IMG/VR virus record: IMGVR_UViG_3300045960_000077
Coordinates: 1 to 47,421 of that record
Length of the DNA: 47,421 nucleotides
Strand: one strand, 5' to 3'
From: a virus
Lineage: Duplodnaviria; Heunggongvirae; Uroviricota; Caudoviricetes
Position numbers and translations under genes: made by a program. The notes beneath the pieces were generated by a model. It saw only the letters and a list, made by a program, of their open reading frames with translations, was not told the DNA's origin and searched no databases. Positions 36,781 through 47,176 of the stretch are shown here, piece by piece. The first letter of the stretch is position 1, and each line of letters begins with the position of its first letter.

Positions 36781-38511
36781 ATGCCTAGAAAGAAAACGCC
36801 AACTGCGAAATCAAGTTTATCATACGCATTTGCTGATGACAGTAGCGTCGTAGGGGCAACTCAGCAAGACCTCGCAGATTTAGAAAAAGCGCAAAAGGTT
36901 GCTTTGTCGGGTGGTAAAGTCCTCGACAAGCAAGACCCAAGAGATCAAGTCCCAGTCACGAAATTCTATGATCCTCTTTTTGTTCTTGACTACCTTCAGT
37001 TTAAAACCAAGAATGCTTCATGGGCTCTTAGCTATCAGTTACTCAGAAAAATCTCTTACCGAAATGGTGTTATTGCGTCAATAATCAATACTAGAATCAA
37101 TCAATGCGGATTATTTGCTACGCCCTATATCATGCCGAATGATAGAATTGGGTACACGATTACGCCCAAAGATAAAAAGTATCAATATATGTTGAAACAA
37201 GCCGACCCCAACAAGAAAGTTCCAAACGTCTCTGAAGAAGAAGTTAGAACGATCATGGAAATCGGTGAATTCATAGATAATTGTGGTACGACCGACACTA
37301 AAATGAGAGACCCTCAAAGAGACGACTTCGGAACATTCCTTAGAAAAATTATTAGAGATAGTCTGACGTTTGACCAACTTTGTTTCGAAATTGTCAAAGA
37401 TCCCGTTACAGGTAAACCTTCGGCATTCTATGCAGTCGATTCAGGAACTATTAGATTGTCAGATCCCAAGACAAGGATCGAAAAGGGAATTTATTATGTC
37501 CAATTCATTGACGGAAATCTCTACACAGCTTATGACTACGGAGAGATGGCCTTCGCAGTTAGAAATCCTACAACAGATATCAAAGCTAATGGATATGGAA
37601 TTTCAGAAATTGAAATGGCCCTCAACTACATCTCTTCACAAATCTATGGAGAAGAATATAATAAAAAATTCTTCACCCAAGGATCAACACCAAAAGGAAT
37701 AATAAATATCAAGGGATCAAATGTACCTAGAGAAGAACTAGATGCATTTCGTAGAGCATGGCACGCTCAACTGACGGGTGTTGCAAATGCCTGGAAAACC
37801 CCTATCCTTTCATCAGAAGGTGGCGTTGATTGGATTAATCTCGGTCAATCCAATAGAGATATGGAATTCGGCAGATGGTTAGAATATCTAGTAAACGTCG
37901 TTTGTGGTGTTTATCAAATAGATCCTGTTGAAATCAATTTCCCTAACAAGGGCGGTGTATCAGGACAGTCGAGACCAATGAATGATTCGTCAGCAATTGA
38001 AAGAATCAAGTTCTCGAAGGATAAGGGACTTGTCCCTTTGCTAAGATTCATCGAAAAGACGATCAACAGATATCTCGTATTCCCTCTTACTGACGGTAAA
38101 TATGAATTTGCTTTCCACGGCTATACCGACCTCATTGAAGAGCAGAAGATCAGGCTTGAAAAGCAAGAAGTCGAATATCTCAAAACCGTGAATGAAATCA
38201 GAGCTCAATATGGATTGAAAGAAATCCCATCAGGTGATATTATTCTCAATCCTGTCTATGCTCAAGCCAAGATGGCTGCTGATGCAGCCGCTGCAGAGCA
38301 GGGACAGCCTCCTGAAGGCGAAGAACAAGATCAAGAAGATCAAGAAGAAAATGATTTTAATCCGAATGAAGAAGGCGAAGAAGATGATGTTGCTGCTGAT
38401 GAGAGTGGTGAAGATGAAAGTGGAGAACTAGATGATTATGGCGGTAATTATAATGCTATGGGGCCAACCTCAGCCGCCGGAATGCTTCCAACAGGTGGAA
38501 TTTTGCCATAA
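36781..38511 (+). CDS. Portal protein
   Basis: RDSLTFDQ, VDSGTIR, YGISEIE, FFTQGSTPKGII, NAWKTPI, S..D.EF..W motifs; acidic C-tail; N-terminal DLEKA. Confidence 0.93.
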   Translation: MPRKKTPTAKSSLSYAFADDSSVVGATQQDLADLEKAQKVALSGGKVLDKQDPRDQVPVTKFYDPLFVLDYLQFKTKNASWALSYQLLRKISYRNGVIASIINTRINQCGLFATPYIMPNDRIGYTITPKDKKYQYMLKQADPNKKVPNVSEEEVRTIMEIGEFIDNCGTTDTKMRDPQRDDFGTFLRKIIRDSLTFDQLCFEIVKDPVTGKPSAFYAVDSGTIRLSDPKTRIEKGIYYVQFIDGNLYTAYDYGEMAFAVRNPTTDIKANGYGISEIEMALNYISSQIYGEEYNKKFFTQGSTPKGIINIKGSNVPREELDAFRRAWHAQLTGVANAWKTPILSSEGGVDWINLGQSNRDMEFGRWLEYLVNVVCGVYQIDPVEINFPNKGGVSGQSRPMNDSSAIERIKFSKDKGLVPLLRFIEKTINRYLVFPLTDGKYEFAFHGYTDLIEEQKIRLEKQEVEYLKTVNEIRAQYGLKEIPSGDIILNPVYAQAKMAADAAAAEQGQPPEGEEQDQEDQEENDFNPNEEGEEDDVAADESGEDESGELDDYGGNYNAMGPTSAAGMLPTGGILP

Positions 38512-38536
38512 ATAATAGCAATTAAGGAGATGTAAG

Positions 38537-39211
38537 ATGGCTGGTGAACAATCAACCGAAAAAACTTCAACGACAAAATTGATTTCAGTGTTCTTTCCGT
38601 TGAAGCCGTTAAAAAACAAGTTCTCTGAGAACTTCATTAGTATACAGATTGCCGACTTCATACCAAAGTTAGTGAAGTATACTGATAAATCAATAATCTA
38701 TAAGATTGATAAAGAGCGTTTCTATACATATGACCTCAAAGAAGAATCGTTTGACGATAAATTCGATGTAGTTGACAATCAAACTATTGTTGTCATTTTC
38801 AGTATAGACAAGAGCTCTCAGATAGATATAACAAATCTATTTGAACCCGATTTTTCAAAAAATATAAACACTATCCGGATCCACCGCAAACGAGTGGATT
38901 CTGTGGCTGCAGGGCTGGCTAAGCCCTCGTATATTTTCTATACTATCAACAGTACGAAACTCCTCAATAGTATCGTTCCGATCATCCAGAGCGATAAACC
39001 AGAAAATGGCGAAGCTGTGGGTGGAAAGACTTATTTCATTCTTGGTGCAAATAATGCTAAACGAGATATTAATCCTCTAGAGAAAGCATTTACGACTGAA
39101 AAAATCTGTAGAATGAACTACGTTACTACAATAGATTATGATAATATTATATTCAATGAAGATTACGCCAAGAATCTCAAGAGAAAGATCAATAGTCAAA
39201 TAAAGTTCTGA
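38537..39211 (+). CDS. Hypothetical protein
   Basis: 224 aa ORF with AAGGAG RBS. Confidence 0.6.
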   Translation: MAGEQSTEKTSTTKLISVFFPLKPLKNKFSENFISIQIADFIPKLVKYTDKSIIYKIDKERFYTYDLKEESFDDKFDVVDNQTIVVIFSIDKSSQIDITNLFEPDFSKNINTIRIHRKRVDSVAAGLAKPSYIFYTINSTKLLNSIVPIIQSDKPENGEAVGGKTYFILGANNAKRDINPLEKAFTTEKICRMNYVTTIDYDNIIFNEDYAKNLKRKINSQIKF

Positions 39212-39236
39212 ACCCGCAAAAGCAGCGCGCATGTTG

Positions 39237-39245
39237 TGGTATAAT
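39237..39245 (+). promoter_or_regulatory. Extended -10 sigma70-type promoter (TGGTATAAT) for the replication cluster
   Basis: Perfect TGnTATAAT in the intergenic gap; GGAGGT RBS at 39261-39266. Confidence 0.7.
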
Positions 39246-39274
39246 AAAATTACAATGCATGGAGGTTATTACAA

Positions 39275-40141
39275 ATGCGGATTAGACCCAAGGAAACGTT
39301 CGAACAGACACACCAGAAATTTTCTTCTAACGGCGGTTCGTTCGGAACCGTAGAATTCTTAAAATTCTCGAAGGATCAGGTTTACGAATTTTACATAGTC
39401 CCTAAAGTCGTCTCAATCGACTTAGAGCAGGACGAATGTGAAATCGATTATCCTTTCGAGGAAGTAAACACTCACTTCGGCACCTATGATTTCATGCGAA
39501 ACTATGCAAGCATGAAACCACAGCGTATCAACTGTACAGGATGTGCTATTGATCATTGGATGTCAGAAACAAGGCTCCCAAAGTCGGTCTTCAAAGTAGC
39601 AGTTCCCACCAAATTTTTTGTCGCCTACTTAATTCATGAAAAGAAAATCAAAATCGGGTGGTTTCAAGATTATCTCTATTCTATTCTAATGGAGAAGATT
39701 GCCAAGTTGATGACCGACAAGGAAATCAATTTGATTGATGCTCTTCGCCACAAAGTCAAATTATTTACAAACTCTCAAAACAAATTTGATATTGAAGTGA
39801 ACTCTGAAGTTGCTATACCGACAGATTCTCAGGGTTTTAAGACTATTCTAGTCTCTGTTAACCAGAAGCCCCTCGATAAGCTCATCGACCAGCAGGTCAC
39901 ATGTGATCCCGAAACAATCAATGCAGTCCTTCATGCATTGCAAGATTATACACAAGACGTATTAAAAACTGAAAGAAACGCAGAAGTTGCGGAAAAGATG
40001 GAAGCTAAATCAAAACAATTTGAGGCTTCTTTAGAAGGATTCAAGAAAGATTCAGATTATAAGCCAGGCGGCAATGAACCCTTTGTTGAGTCAGTCGGCC
40101 CCGCCTCAGAACCAGAAGTCGATGACGACGTACCATTTTAA
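39275..40141 (+). CDS. Single-stranded DNA-binding protein (T4 gp32-like)
   Basis: H...CTGC Zn-like motif; acidic C-terminus EPEVDDDVPF; precedes the recombinase. Confidence 0.7.
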   Translation: MRIRPKETFEQTHQKFSSNGGSFGTVEFLKFSKDQVYEFYIVPKVVSIDLEQDECEIDYPFEEVNTHFGTYDFMRNYASMKPQRINCTGCAIDHWMSETRLPKSVFKVAVPTKFFVAYLIHEKKIKIGWFQDYLYSILMEKIAKLMTDKEINLIDALRHKVKLFTNSQNKFDIEVNSEVAIPTDSQGFKTILVSVNQKPLDKLIDQQVTCDPETINAVLHALQDYTQDVLKTERNAEVAEKMEAKSKQFEASLEGFKKDSDYKPGGNEPFVESVGPASEPEVDDDVPF

Positions 40142-40151
40142 GGAGAAATAA

Positions 40152-41192
40152 ATGAGAGTTAAGGCAGGAAAAGAAGAAGCGACCCCGACTAATGGAAAGA
40201 AGAAGGGTCCCGGACTTCTAAAGATACGTGAAGCAATTTTCGGCAGCGCCGAACAGATTCAAATTGATGCATTCGAATTCATACCAACGGGTATTCCAAC
40301 ACTAGATAGAAAATTAGGAGGAGGAATAATCATTGGAGGAGTTGTTGAGCTTCTAGGACTAGAAGCGACAGGGAAATCTACGTTAGCCGCAATGATTGCC
40401 GCTCAAGCGCAGAAAAGAGATATGCCTGTTGTTTATCTTGACACAGAAGCAGCAACATCAATGGCGAGACTAAAGATGCTAGGAGTAGATATCGATTCAC
40501 TCATCTATGTTCAGCCAGGATGTCTAGAGGATGTCTATGATACTATAGGACAAGTCCTCTTATCAAAAGTAAAAGAGAAATCATGGGAGGGACCAGCATT
40601 GATTGTCTGGGATTCATTGGCTCAAACTCCAAGCAAGAAGGAAATTGAAATGGAAGAGGGCGATGAATACACTAAGGAAATGGCAGTCAGAGCCAGAGTC
40701 AATTCGATGGGTCTCCGCAAGCTCACCCTCCCAATTCAGAAAGCCCAAGTAACCCTACTCATAGTCAATCAAGTCAGAGAAAACGTTGGTCAGACATTCG
40801 GTGAGAAATATTCATCGCCTGGTGGACATGCACCAAAGTTTGCTTCTATCCAAAGAATTAAACTCGATGCTACGAATACTGTGAAAATTGATGAAGCAGC
40901 GGGAATTACTGGGAAGAAAGTTAGAGCCAAGACCATTAAAAACAAAGCTTATACTCCTCTACTAGAGACAGACCTCATTTTTAATCATTCAACGGGATTA
41001 TTTGATGAGGCACTCACTGTTTATGAAGAATTAAAAAGTCAGAAAAGATTGACTACTGGGACTACAAACGAACTTAATCTTAATCAGGACGTTACTGATT
41101 CCTCTTCTACTGGAATTGTTAAGTTTAGACGAAAGGAATGGGATCAAGTCTATACGGCAAACAAAGACAAGATCTATGCCATACTCAAATGA
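40152..41192 (+). CDS. recA: RecA/UvsX-like recombinase
   Basis: PTGIPTLDRKLGGG, Walker A GLEATGKST, YLDTE, IVWDSLA, NQVR, PGGHAPKF. Confidence 0.95.
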   Translation: MRVKAGKEEATPTNGKKKGPGLLKIREAIFGSAEQIQIDAFEFIPTGIPTLDRKLGGGIIIGGVVELLGLEATGKSTLAAMIAAQAQKRDMPVVYLDTEAATSMARLKMLGVDIDSLIYVQPGCLEDVYDTIGQVLLSKVKEKSWEGPALIVWDSLAQTPSKKEIEMEEGDEYTKEMAVRARVNSMGLRKLTLPIQKAQVTLLIVNQVRENVGQTFGEKYSSPGGHAPKFASIQRIKLDATNTVKIDEAAGITGKKVRAKTIKNKAYTPLLETDLIFNHSTGLFDEALTVYEELKSQKRLTTGTTNELNLNQDVTDSSSTGIVKFRRKEWDQVYTANKDKIYAILK

Positions 41193-41821
41193 CAAAAAAG
41201 ATGTACTTCGACAATGCAAAAGTTGAAGAGCTCATCGTTGAATGGCAGAAAACAAGAGACCCGGCAATCATTGATGAGTTAAACCCGATTTTTAAGCAGC
41301 TTATAACAGGAGTTATTGGACGGTATAAACTGCTTCGTAGGAATTTTGTTAACGATGACTTATCGCAAGAAGCATGGGTGGGAATTTTAGAAGCCGCACC
41401 CAAGTGGAGCAAAGAAAAGGGAGATGCATTTTCATATTTCACCGGAGTAGCTAGAAATAAAATTTTCTGGTATTTGAAGTCTTATTATCAGGACACTTCA
41501 ATGAATTCAGAAGATCCGTCTAAACTAGCTCTAGATGATTCGACACTCAGCTTTGAACTTGGATCAGACGAAGAAAATGGGTTTGAAAACATGTCTGCAA
41601 TTAGAGATTACATACTAAAGCTGACGCCTGACAACTTGAACCTTCCAGATGATGAGAGTTATGGTATAATATTAGATAGCATAAAAATGAAAATCATGCA
41701 CGGTGATAGTGTGAAATATGAAGATCTCATTAAAGAGACACAAAAAGAAATAGGACATCCAAAAAAGAAAGTGCGATTTGTACTGGATGCAATCTATTCG
41801 CATTTTATGGGGGAAACATGA
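41189..41821 (+). CDS. Phage RNA polymerase sigma factor (sigma70 region 2)
   Basis: Start MTKKMYF by ATGA overlap with recA; DDLSQEAWVGILEAAPKW..EKG.AFSYFT.VARN. Confidence 0.8.
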   Translation: MTKKMYFDNAKVEELIVEWQKTRDPAIIDELNPIFKQLITGVIGRYKLLRRNFVNDDLSQEAWVGILEAAPKWSKEKGDAFSYFTGVARNKIFWYLKSYYQDTSMNSEDPSKLALDDSTLSFELGSDEENGFENMSAIRDYILKLTPDNLNLPDDESYGIILDSIKMKIMHGDSVKYEDLIKETQKEIGHPKKKVRFVLDAIYSHFMGET

Positions 41822-41997
41822 GCAAGCCAGAATATCAAGATCTAGTTGATGTACTTAGAAAAGTCTGGAAGGCCACAAGAGTCGAATCAGCACTCAACAT
41901 CGAATGGGCCAATTATCCTGTAGAAGTTTTTGACGAGCTTACTGAAATCGTCATGGAATTAGAAATTCCGCACGAAAATGATCCTGAACATGAGTGA
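41818..41997 (+). CDS. Small acidic hypothetical protein (59 aa)
   Basis: Not in the ORF track; ATGA-coupled, MSKPEYQDLVDVLRKVWK...HENDPEHE*, fills the gap exactly. Confidence 0.65.
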   Translation: MSKPEYQDLVDVLRKVWKATRVESALNIEWANYPVEVFDELTEIVMELEIPHENDPEHE

Positions 41998-42976
41998 TAT
42001 TCTCGTATGTGATGGCTCCAACCTATTCGTTAGAGCCTTCTTCTCAATGACAGATGCAATGCTTCAGAACTCTAAGAGTCAAGACACTACAGCAATCTAT
42101 GTATTCCTCCAGCATCTCCGGAAGCTAATCGATACTGAAAAGCCTGAAGAATGCTATATTATCTTTGACTTTGGCCGAGATGTTCGTAAGAAAGGGCTGT
42201 ACAAGGACTACAAGGCCAACCGTAATATTGACCTTGGTGCTCTTGCTGGATACGATCTGACGGTCAAGATGAATGAGATAGAGAGTAGAAAACGTCAGAA
42301 GGCTGTCATTATCGATATTCTTAAGACTCTGCCTGTAAAGCTAGTTATCGTCAAGCAAATTGAAGGTGACTCTCTAATAGCATATGTAGCAAAGCATTTC
42401 ACTGATAGAAACAAGACCGTGACTATTGTTTCGAATGATAAAGATTTCTATCAGCTTCTAGACCATGAAAATATCAAGATCTTCAATCCTCACAAGAAAG
42501 CATATATCGCCAGATGCAATATGGACGAAGTGTTTCCAATAAAAGACTTTCCAATCAGTTGCTATAGACTTTATAAATCAATTAGAGGTGATAGTTCAGA
42601 TAATATCCCAGGCGTTAAGCTCTTTGGTGACAAGAAAATTCAAAGCATGTTTGATTTAATGAAATCTAAAAAGCCCACAAATGTAGAAGAACTCTACCAA
42701 GAATTTGAATCAAACCCCGACTTAAAAAAGAAGTACTGGAAATATTTTGAAAACAGTAGAGACCTCCTAGAACTCAATTACAAACTTGTCGATTTGATTG
42801 ATATGGATTGGTCTCCTCAGTCTTTATCACTTATTTATGCTGCAATTGAATCTCATCCTTCATTTTCAAGAATGGATTTTATGCAAATCCTTATTAGAGA
42901 AAATATTAATACTATCCTAGCAAAGGTTGATAAATTTATTGAGCCCTTCAATAAAATGTTGCCCATCAAAGCATGA
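41990..42976 (+). CDS. 5'-3' exonuclease / flap endonuclease (T4 RNase H, PolI-N family)
   Basis: DGSNL, FD, EGDSLIA, SNDKDFYQL, GDSSDNIPGV; likely start MSDILV at 41990. Confidence 0.92.
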   Translation: MSDILVCDGSNLFVRAFFSMTDAMLQNSKSQDTTAIYVFLQHLRKLIDTEKPEECYIIFDFGRDVRKKGLYKDYKANRNIDLGALAGYDLTVKMNEIESRKRQKAVIIDILKTLPVKLVIVKQIEGDSLIAYVAKHFTDRNKTVTIVSNDKDFYQLLDHENIKIFNPHKKAYIARCNMDEVFPIKDFPISCYRLYKSIRGDSSDNIPGVKLFGDKKIQSMFDLMKSKKPTNVEELYQEFESNPDLKKKYWKYFENSRDLLELNYKLVDLIDMDWSPQSLSLIYAAIESHPSFSRMDFMQILIRENINTILAKVDKFIEPFNKMLPIKA

Positions 42977-44127
42977 AAATATTATCATATGGCGACCTCC
43001 ACGCCGCCAACCTCTATAGCTTTAATGTAAAAAAGTCAAAATATCAATTTACGGAATATTCACGAATTGATGAACTTTATTCTACACTTGCGTGGATAGC
43101 AAAAGTTACAAAAGATAATAGTATAATGATGACGATAAATATGGGAGATACTTTCCATCAAGCACTTAGATTCTATGTAGAGAGATATAATACAGTCGTT
43201 AAAGCTGTCAATTCAATCAATCAAAATACTCTTTCTAAGTCTGGCGTCATTATTGAGGGCAATCATGATAGGAGTGATGATGTCTCGGCTGTTGATACAT
43301 TCGAGAACGTGCAAGGGACTGTCTTAGTAAAGAATACTATAAAAGTTAAATTCATTAGTGAAATAAACTCTCACATTATTTTTGTGCCCTATATCAGAGA
43401 TCCTGAAAAGACCAGGGAAGCATTTCAATCTTTACATGAAAAATACAAAAATAGTCGGACTGACGTGTATGTATTCTGCCATCTAGATATAAAAGAAGCA
43501 TATGAGGGACTTATTTCTTCAACGTATCAACTTGGTCAGTTCAATACATATGCTGACCTTGGACTTGACATATATAAAGCCGTCTTTTCGGGACATATAC
43601 ATTTCAAGAAGCAAATCAATAACAACTTCTATTACATTGGTTCTGCATTAAATCATAATTTTGGTGACTCTTTAACGCGAAAGGGAGTAACGATAGTCGA
43701 TATTGAACCCGGCAAATATGATATAATATACAAAGAAAATCCATATTGCCCGTTCTTTGTCAAGTTTAATCTTGAAAAACCCGACAATGTTAAGTCTAAA
43801 ATAAAGGCAATTGAAGATGAAATAAACAAGTATCCAGCCACTAATGTCTACGCCCGTATATTTTCTCTTAACACAGAACAAGGCAGAAAGAAATCTAATA
43901 ATTTCATTAGAGATCATGGTCATTTATTTACAGCTTATGAAACAAAAAATCTTGATTCTGAAGACGAGTTTAGTGAAAACGATTCAATCTCTAATACGAT
44001 GGAAAACGTTAATGTCGTCGATCTCATTATTGATCACGGCACTAAAATACTTAAGTCGCAGGGAAAGACAGAATATCAAATTGAGCAATACATAACGAGG
44101 TTTAAGCGCATATGTCTGTTAAACTAG
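42973..44127 (+). CDS. Mre11/SbcD-like nuclease (T4 gp47-like)
   Basis: GDLH, GDTFH, GNHD, CHLD, FSGHIH, YIGS motifs. Confidence 0.92.
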   Translation: MKILSYGDLHAANLYSFNVKKSKYQFTEYSRIDELYSTLAWIAKVTKDNSIMMTINMGDTFHQALRFYVERYNTVVKAVNSINQNTLSKSGVIIEGNHDRSDDVSAVDTFENVQGTVLVKNTIKVKFISEINSHIIFVPYIRDPEKTREAFQSLHEKYKNSRTDVYVFCHLDIKEAYEGLISSTYQLGQFNTYADLGLDIYKAVFSGHIHFKKQINNNFYYIGSALNHNFGDSLTRKGVTIVDIEPGKYDIIYKENPYCPFFVKFNLEKPDNVKSKIKAIEDEINKYPATNVYARIFSLNTEQGRKKSNNFIRDHGHLFTAYETKNLDSEDEFSENDSISNTMENVNVVDLIIDHGTKILKSQGKTEYQIEQYITRFKRICLLN

Positions 44128-45875
44128 GCGAAATTATAATCGAAAATTTCAACTCATATCTGGGATCACATAGGATTTCATTTACTGAAAAGCAAGGCAA
44201 CCTCGTTCTCATTAAGGGCGTTGATGAATTTGATAAATCATCGAATGGCGTAGGAAAGTCGACTATTATTGATGCAATTGTATTTGCTTTTTATGGAAGA
44301 TCGCTAAAGAAAGAGCTCAACCTTGATGATCTAGTATGTAAAAAAGCTACAGAACCATTAAAGGTCATGCTGTCTTTTGTCGATTCATCGGACGGCGTTG
44401 TTAAACATTCATATATGATTGAACGGCAACGCTCGACAAAACCTTTGTTTTCTAAATGCATTCTTTATGAAGATGATATATGCATTTCTAATAACATGAC
44501 GAATACCGAAGTTCAGACGAAAATAGAGTCACTCATTGGTATGGACTATCAAATGTTCATCAACAATAACGTCTTGAACCCAGAACTCTTTAGATTTGTC
44601 AAGGGAAATAGTGCTCAAAAGATTGACATCCTTGAAAGAGTCTTGAACTTGAATATAGTAAGTAAAATATTCTTTACATTGTCAAACGTAGTAAAAGAAG
44701 ATTCAGCTGTACATCAAAAGAACGATACTGAATATTATGCATTGAAAAAATCACTTGAAAGTCTTGTCCAGCAAGAGGAAAGCGTTAATAAGAATGTTAA
44801 TGAAAACATAGAATTATTAACAAATATGAATACGAAACTTGCAGGTGAAATAAAAGAGCTAGAAACCAAGAGAGATCTTCATTCGGCTATTGTTAGTGAT
44901 CTTCACATAGTCGTTGAAAAAATAAACAGCAAGCTTGATAAACTCAATGAAAATAAAATCAAGCTCGATCAAAATATATTAGAGCATAAAAAGAAAGTTA
45001 AATATTACGAAAAAAATGAAAACTGTCATTCTTGTGGACAAGCAATCCAGAATAGAGATGCGATATTAGCTGAAGAACGAGCTAAAGTAAGAGAGCATGC
45101 AGAAAGCATGAATGCGCTTATTCTAGCAATCGACCAACTAAAGAATGACGAAAATATAGAAAAGTATGAAAAAGCTGTAGAAGCCGCCGATGAATGCACT
45201 AGACTTATAAGTGAAAAGTCTTATCAGATTAGGAACAACAACAAGAATATAGAGCGATTCAGTAACATTACATCATCAGTAGATCAAGTAGAAGAAGTAA
45301 AAGCAAAGATGGCTATTGCTTATCTAGAATATGAAGATTCTAAGAATAAGCTCGACATTACCGACTTTTGGAGAGAAATGCTTGTCCCTAAGTCTAAAAC
45401 TCGAATGACGCTGGCATCAGATCTATTAAAAGTGTTGAATGCTAATATTCAAAAACACATTAATAATTTCTATAACAAAGATTTCCATTTGCATTTCAGT
45501 ATAAATGATAACTCTATCATGGAAATAATTGAAATAGAGGGCCGTCAGTTTAAGTATGATCAACTGAGTTCGGGAGAAAAAGCTAAAGTAGACATCGTTA
45601 TTGTCATTTCACTGCTTGATATTGCTATGACGTATTTTAAGAATAATAAACTCAAATTCTTAATAGTTGATGAAGCCTGCGATCACCTCGACCTTGTTTG
45701 GTCAAAATATGTGATAGAATTTATTAAACAATATGCAGTCAATCTTAATATGATGGTGCTATTCATTTCACACCACGCTGCTGTTGAAGACATGACTTAC
45801 GTATTTGATAATACAATCACTGCAATGAAGGGTCTAGATGGTAACTCATACATCGCAAAGAATAGAGTTCATTAA
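44112..45875 (+). CDS. Rad50/SbcC-like ATPase (T4 gp46-like)
   Basis: NGVGKST, Zn hook CHSC, LSSGEK, IVDE, ISHH. Confidence 0.95.
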   Translation: MSVKLGEIIIENFNSYLGSHRISFTEKQGNLVLIKGVDEFDKSSNGVGKSTIIDAIVFAFYGRSLKKELNLDDLVCKKATEPLKVMLSFVDSSDGVVKHSYMIERQRSTKPLFSKCILYEDDICISNNMTNTEVQTKIESLIGMDYQMFINNNVLNPELFRFVKGNSAQKIDILERVLNLNIVSKIFFTLSNVVKEDSAVHQKNDTEYYALKKSLESLVQQEESVNKNVNENIELLTNMNTKLAGEIKELETKRDLHSAIVSDLHIVVEKINSKLDKLNENKIKLDQNILEHKKKVKYYEKNENCHSCGQAIQNRDAILAEERAKVREHAESMNALILAIDQLKNDENIEKYEKAVEAADECTRLISEKSYQIRNNNKNIERFSNITSSVDQVEEVKAKMAIAYLEYEDSKNKLDITDFWREMLVPKSKTRMTLASDLLKVLNANIQKHINNFYNKDFHLHFSINDNSIMEIIEIEGRQFKYDQLSSGEKAKVDIVIVISLLDIAMTYFKNNKLKFLIVDEACDHLDLVWSKYVIEFIKQYAVNLNMMVLFISHHAAVEDMTYVFDNTITAMKGLDGNSYIAKNRVH

Positions 45876-46818
45876 TATCGGAGATGCTGTCCGAGAGATT
45901 GAACGTAAATTTTCAGTCGATCCGCACTATAGAGACTGGAAAGGCAAAAAAGAAATAAACATTCGATGTCCTGAATGTAGCGTTAAAAAGTTTCATGCAC
46001 ACTATCATCTTGGTTTAAATTTCGCCAAGAATGCATATAATTGCTATCGCTGTGCATTTCACGGAAGACTTTCAGACTTTCTTAAAAAGAATGGAATACG
46101 GTATGAGACAAAAACACAGACGTTCCGACCTGAAATTATTTCGTCAACAGCTCCGAAGATTAAAATTCCAATTGATCTTGTCAGACATGAAGATATTGCT
46201 CGTAAAGCTAAAGATTATATGGTATCGCGCGGTTTTGATCTTAAATTCTTAAAACAAAACTTCAAAATTTGGCCGATAACGAATTATAATCACTATTACT
46301 TTGGATATATCATTGTAGCACTCAATGACTATGCTTTCTATGCTAGAGATTTTTTAAAAAGAGATGATAAGCAGAAGCATATCATACGTAAATCTGATAA
46401 AGAAATGAGTTTATATTATATGTATGAGAAAAATAATTCTGAAACCGTACTTGTTGTCGAATCAATGTTTAATTTAATGAAAGCCGCTCAATATGGATAT
46501 GACGCAGTCTGCATATTCGGGAAAGCGCACTGGGCAGGATTCGCTGAGTATTTGAAGAAATACAATAATCATAGGAACCTGTGCTTATGCTTCGATAAAG
46601 ATGTTATAATAAAAGATGTGGATAGGTTTATTCGTCGAGTGCAGAAAGTTACTCAATGTCCTCCGCTGTTCTATATAGATCCCAGTAATATGCCATGTAA
46701 TGATATAGCTGAGATTCGAGATAAAGAAACTTTAATAAAAACAATCAATAAGAAAAAATCTGTAGATGAGATATATCTAAACACGATGTCGATAGGAGAT
46801 TTAAATGGGAATGACTAA
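45838..46818 (+). CDS. DNA primase (Zn finger + Toprim)
   Basis: CPEC...YNCYRC zinc-binding domain; VVES.FN and CFDKD Toprim motifs. Confidence 0.8.
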   Translation: MVTHTSQRIEFINIGDAVREIERKFSVDPHYRDWKGKKEINIRCPECSVKKFHAHYHLGLNFAKNAYNCYRCAFHGRLSDFLKKNGIRYETKTQTFRPEIISSTAPKIKIPIDLVRHEDIARKAKDYMVSRGFDLKFLKQNFKIWPITNYNHYYFGYIIVALNDYAFYARDFLKRDDKQKHIIRKSDKEMSLYYMYEKNNSETVLVVESMFNLMKAAQYGYDAVCIFGKAHWAGFAEYLKKYNNHRNLCLCFDKDVIIKDVDRFIRRVQKVTQCPPLFYIDPSNMPCNDIAEIRDKETLIKTINKKKSVDEIYLNTMSIGDLNGND

Positions 46819-47176
46819 AGCAGCTCTTGATTTTCAGCTTCAGCAAGAAACGCAAAAAGCTATTGGGGTTCTTCAAAAGAATGTCGAGCGGCTAGAAGGC
46901 ATATGCCGAGTAATTGACGGAAACATGAGACAAGCGCACATGATGGCGTATCAGGACATCATGCAACTAAGAATTCGAATAAACTTTATTTTAGATGAAT
47001 TAAAGAAAGCTAACCCAGAAATTGATGAACGCTTTAAACAATTCGCCGCAGAAGCAGCAAAACAAATGGAAAAAGAAGTTGCAGCCGCAATTGAAGCTAG
47101 AGAAAAAGCTCAAGCAGAGAAAAAGATAGAAGTAGGTGGACCAGGAAGTGAGAACACGCCAAATGTCGTGCAATGA
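46805..47176 (+). CDS. Coiled-coil hypothetical protein
   Basis: 123 aa helical ORF coupled to its neighbours. Confidence 0.6.
   Translation: MGMTKAALDFQLQQETQKAIGVLQKNVERLEGICRVIDGNMRQAHMMAYQDIMQLRIRINFILDELKKANPEIDERFKQFAAEAAKQMEKEVAAAIEAREKAQAEKKIEVGGPGSENTPNVVQ

Noticed and set aside
38270-38450. Acidic low-complexity portal tail
   Set aside because: Common in portals of large phages; no distinct signal
41138-41188. Longer N-terminus of the sigma factor
   Set aside because: It overlaps recA; ATGA coupling at 41189 is more plausible
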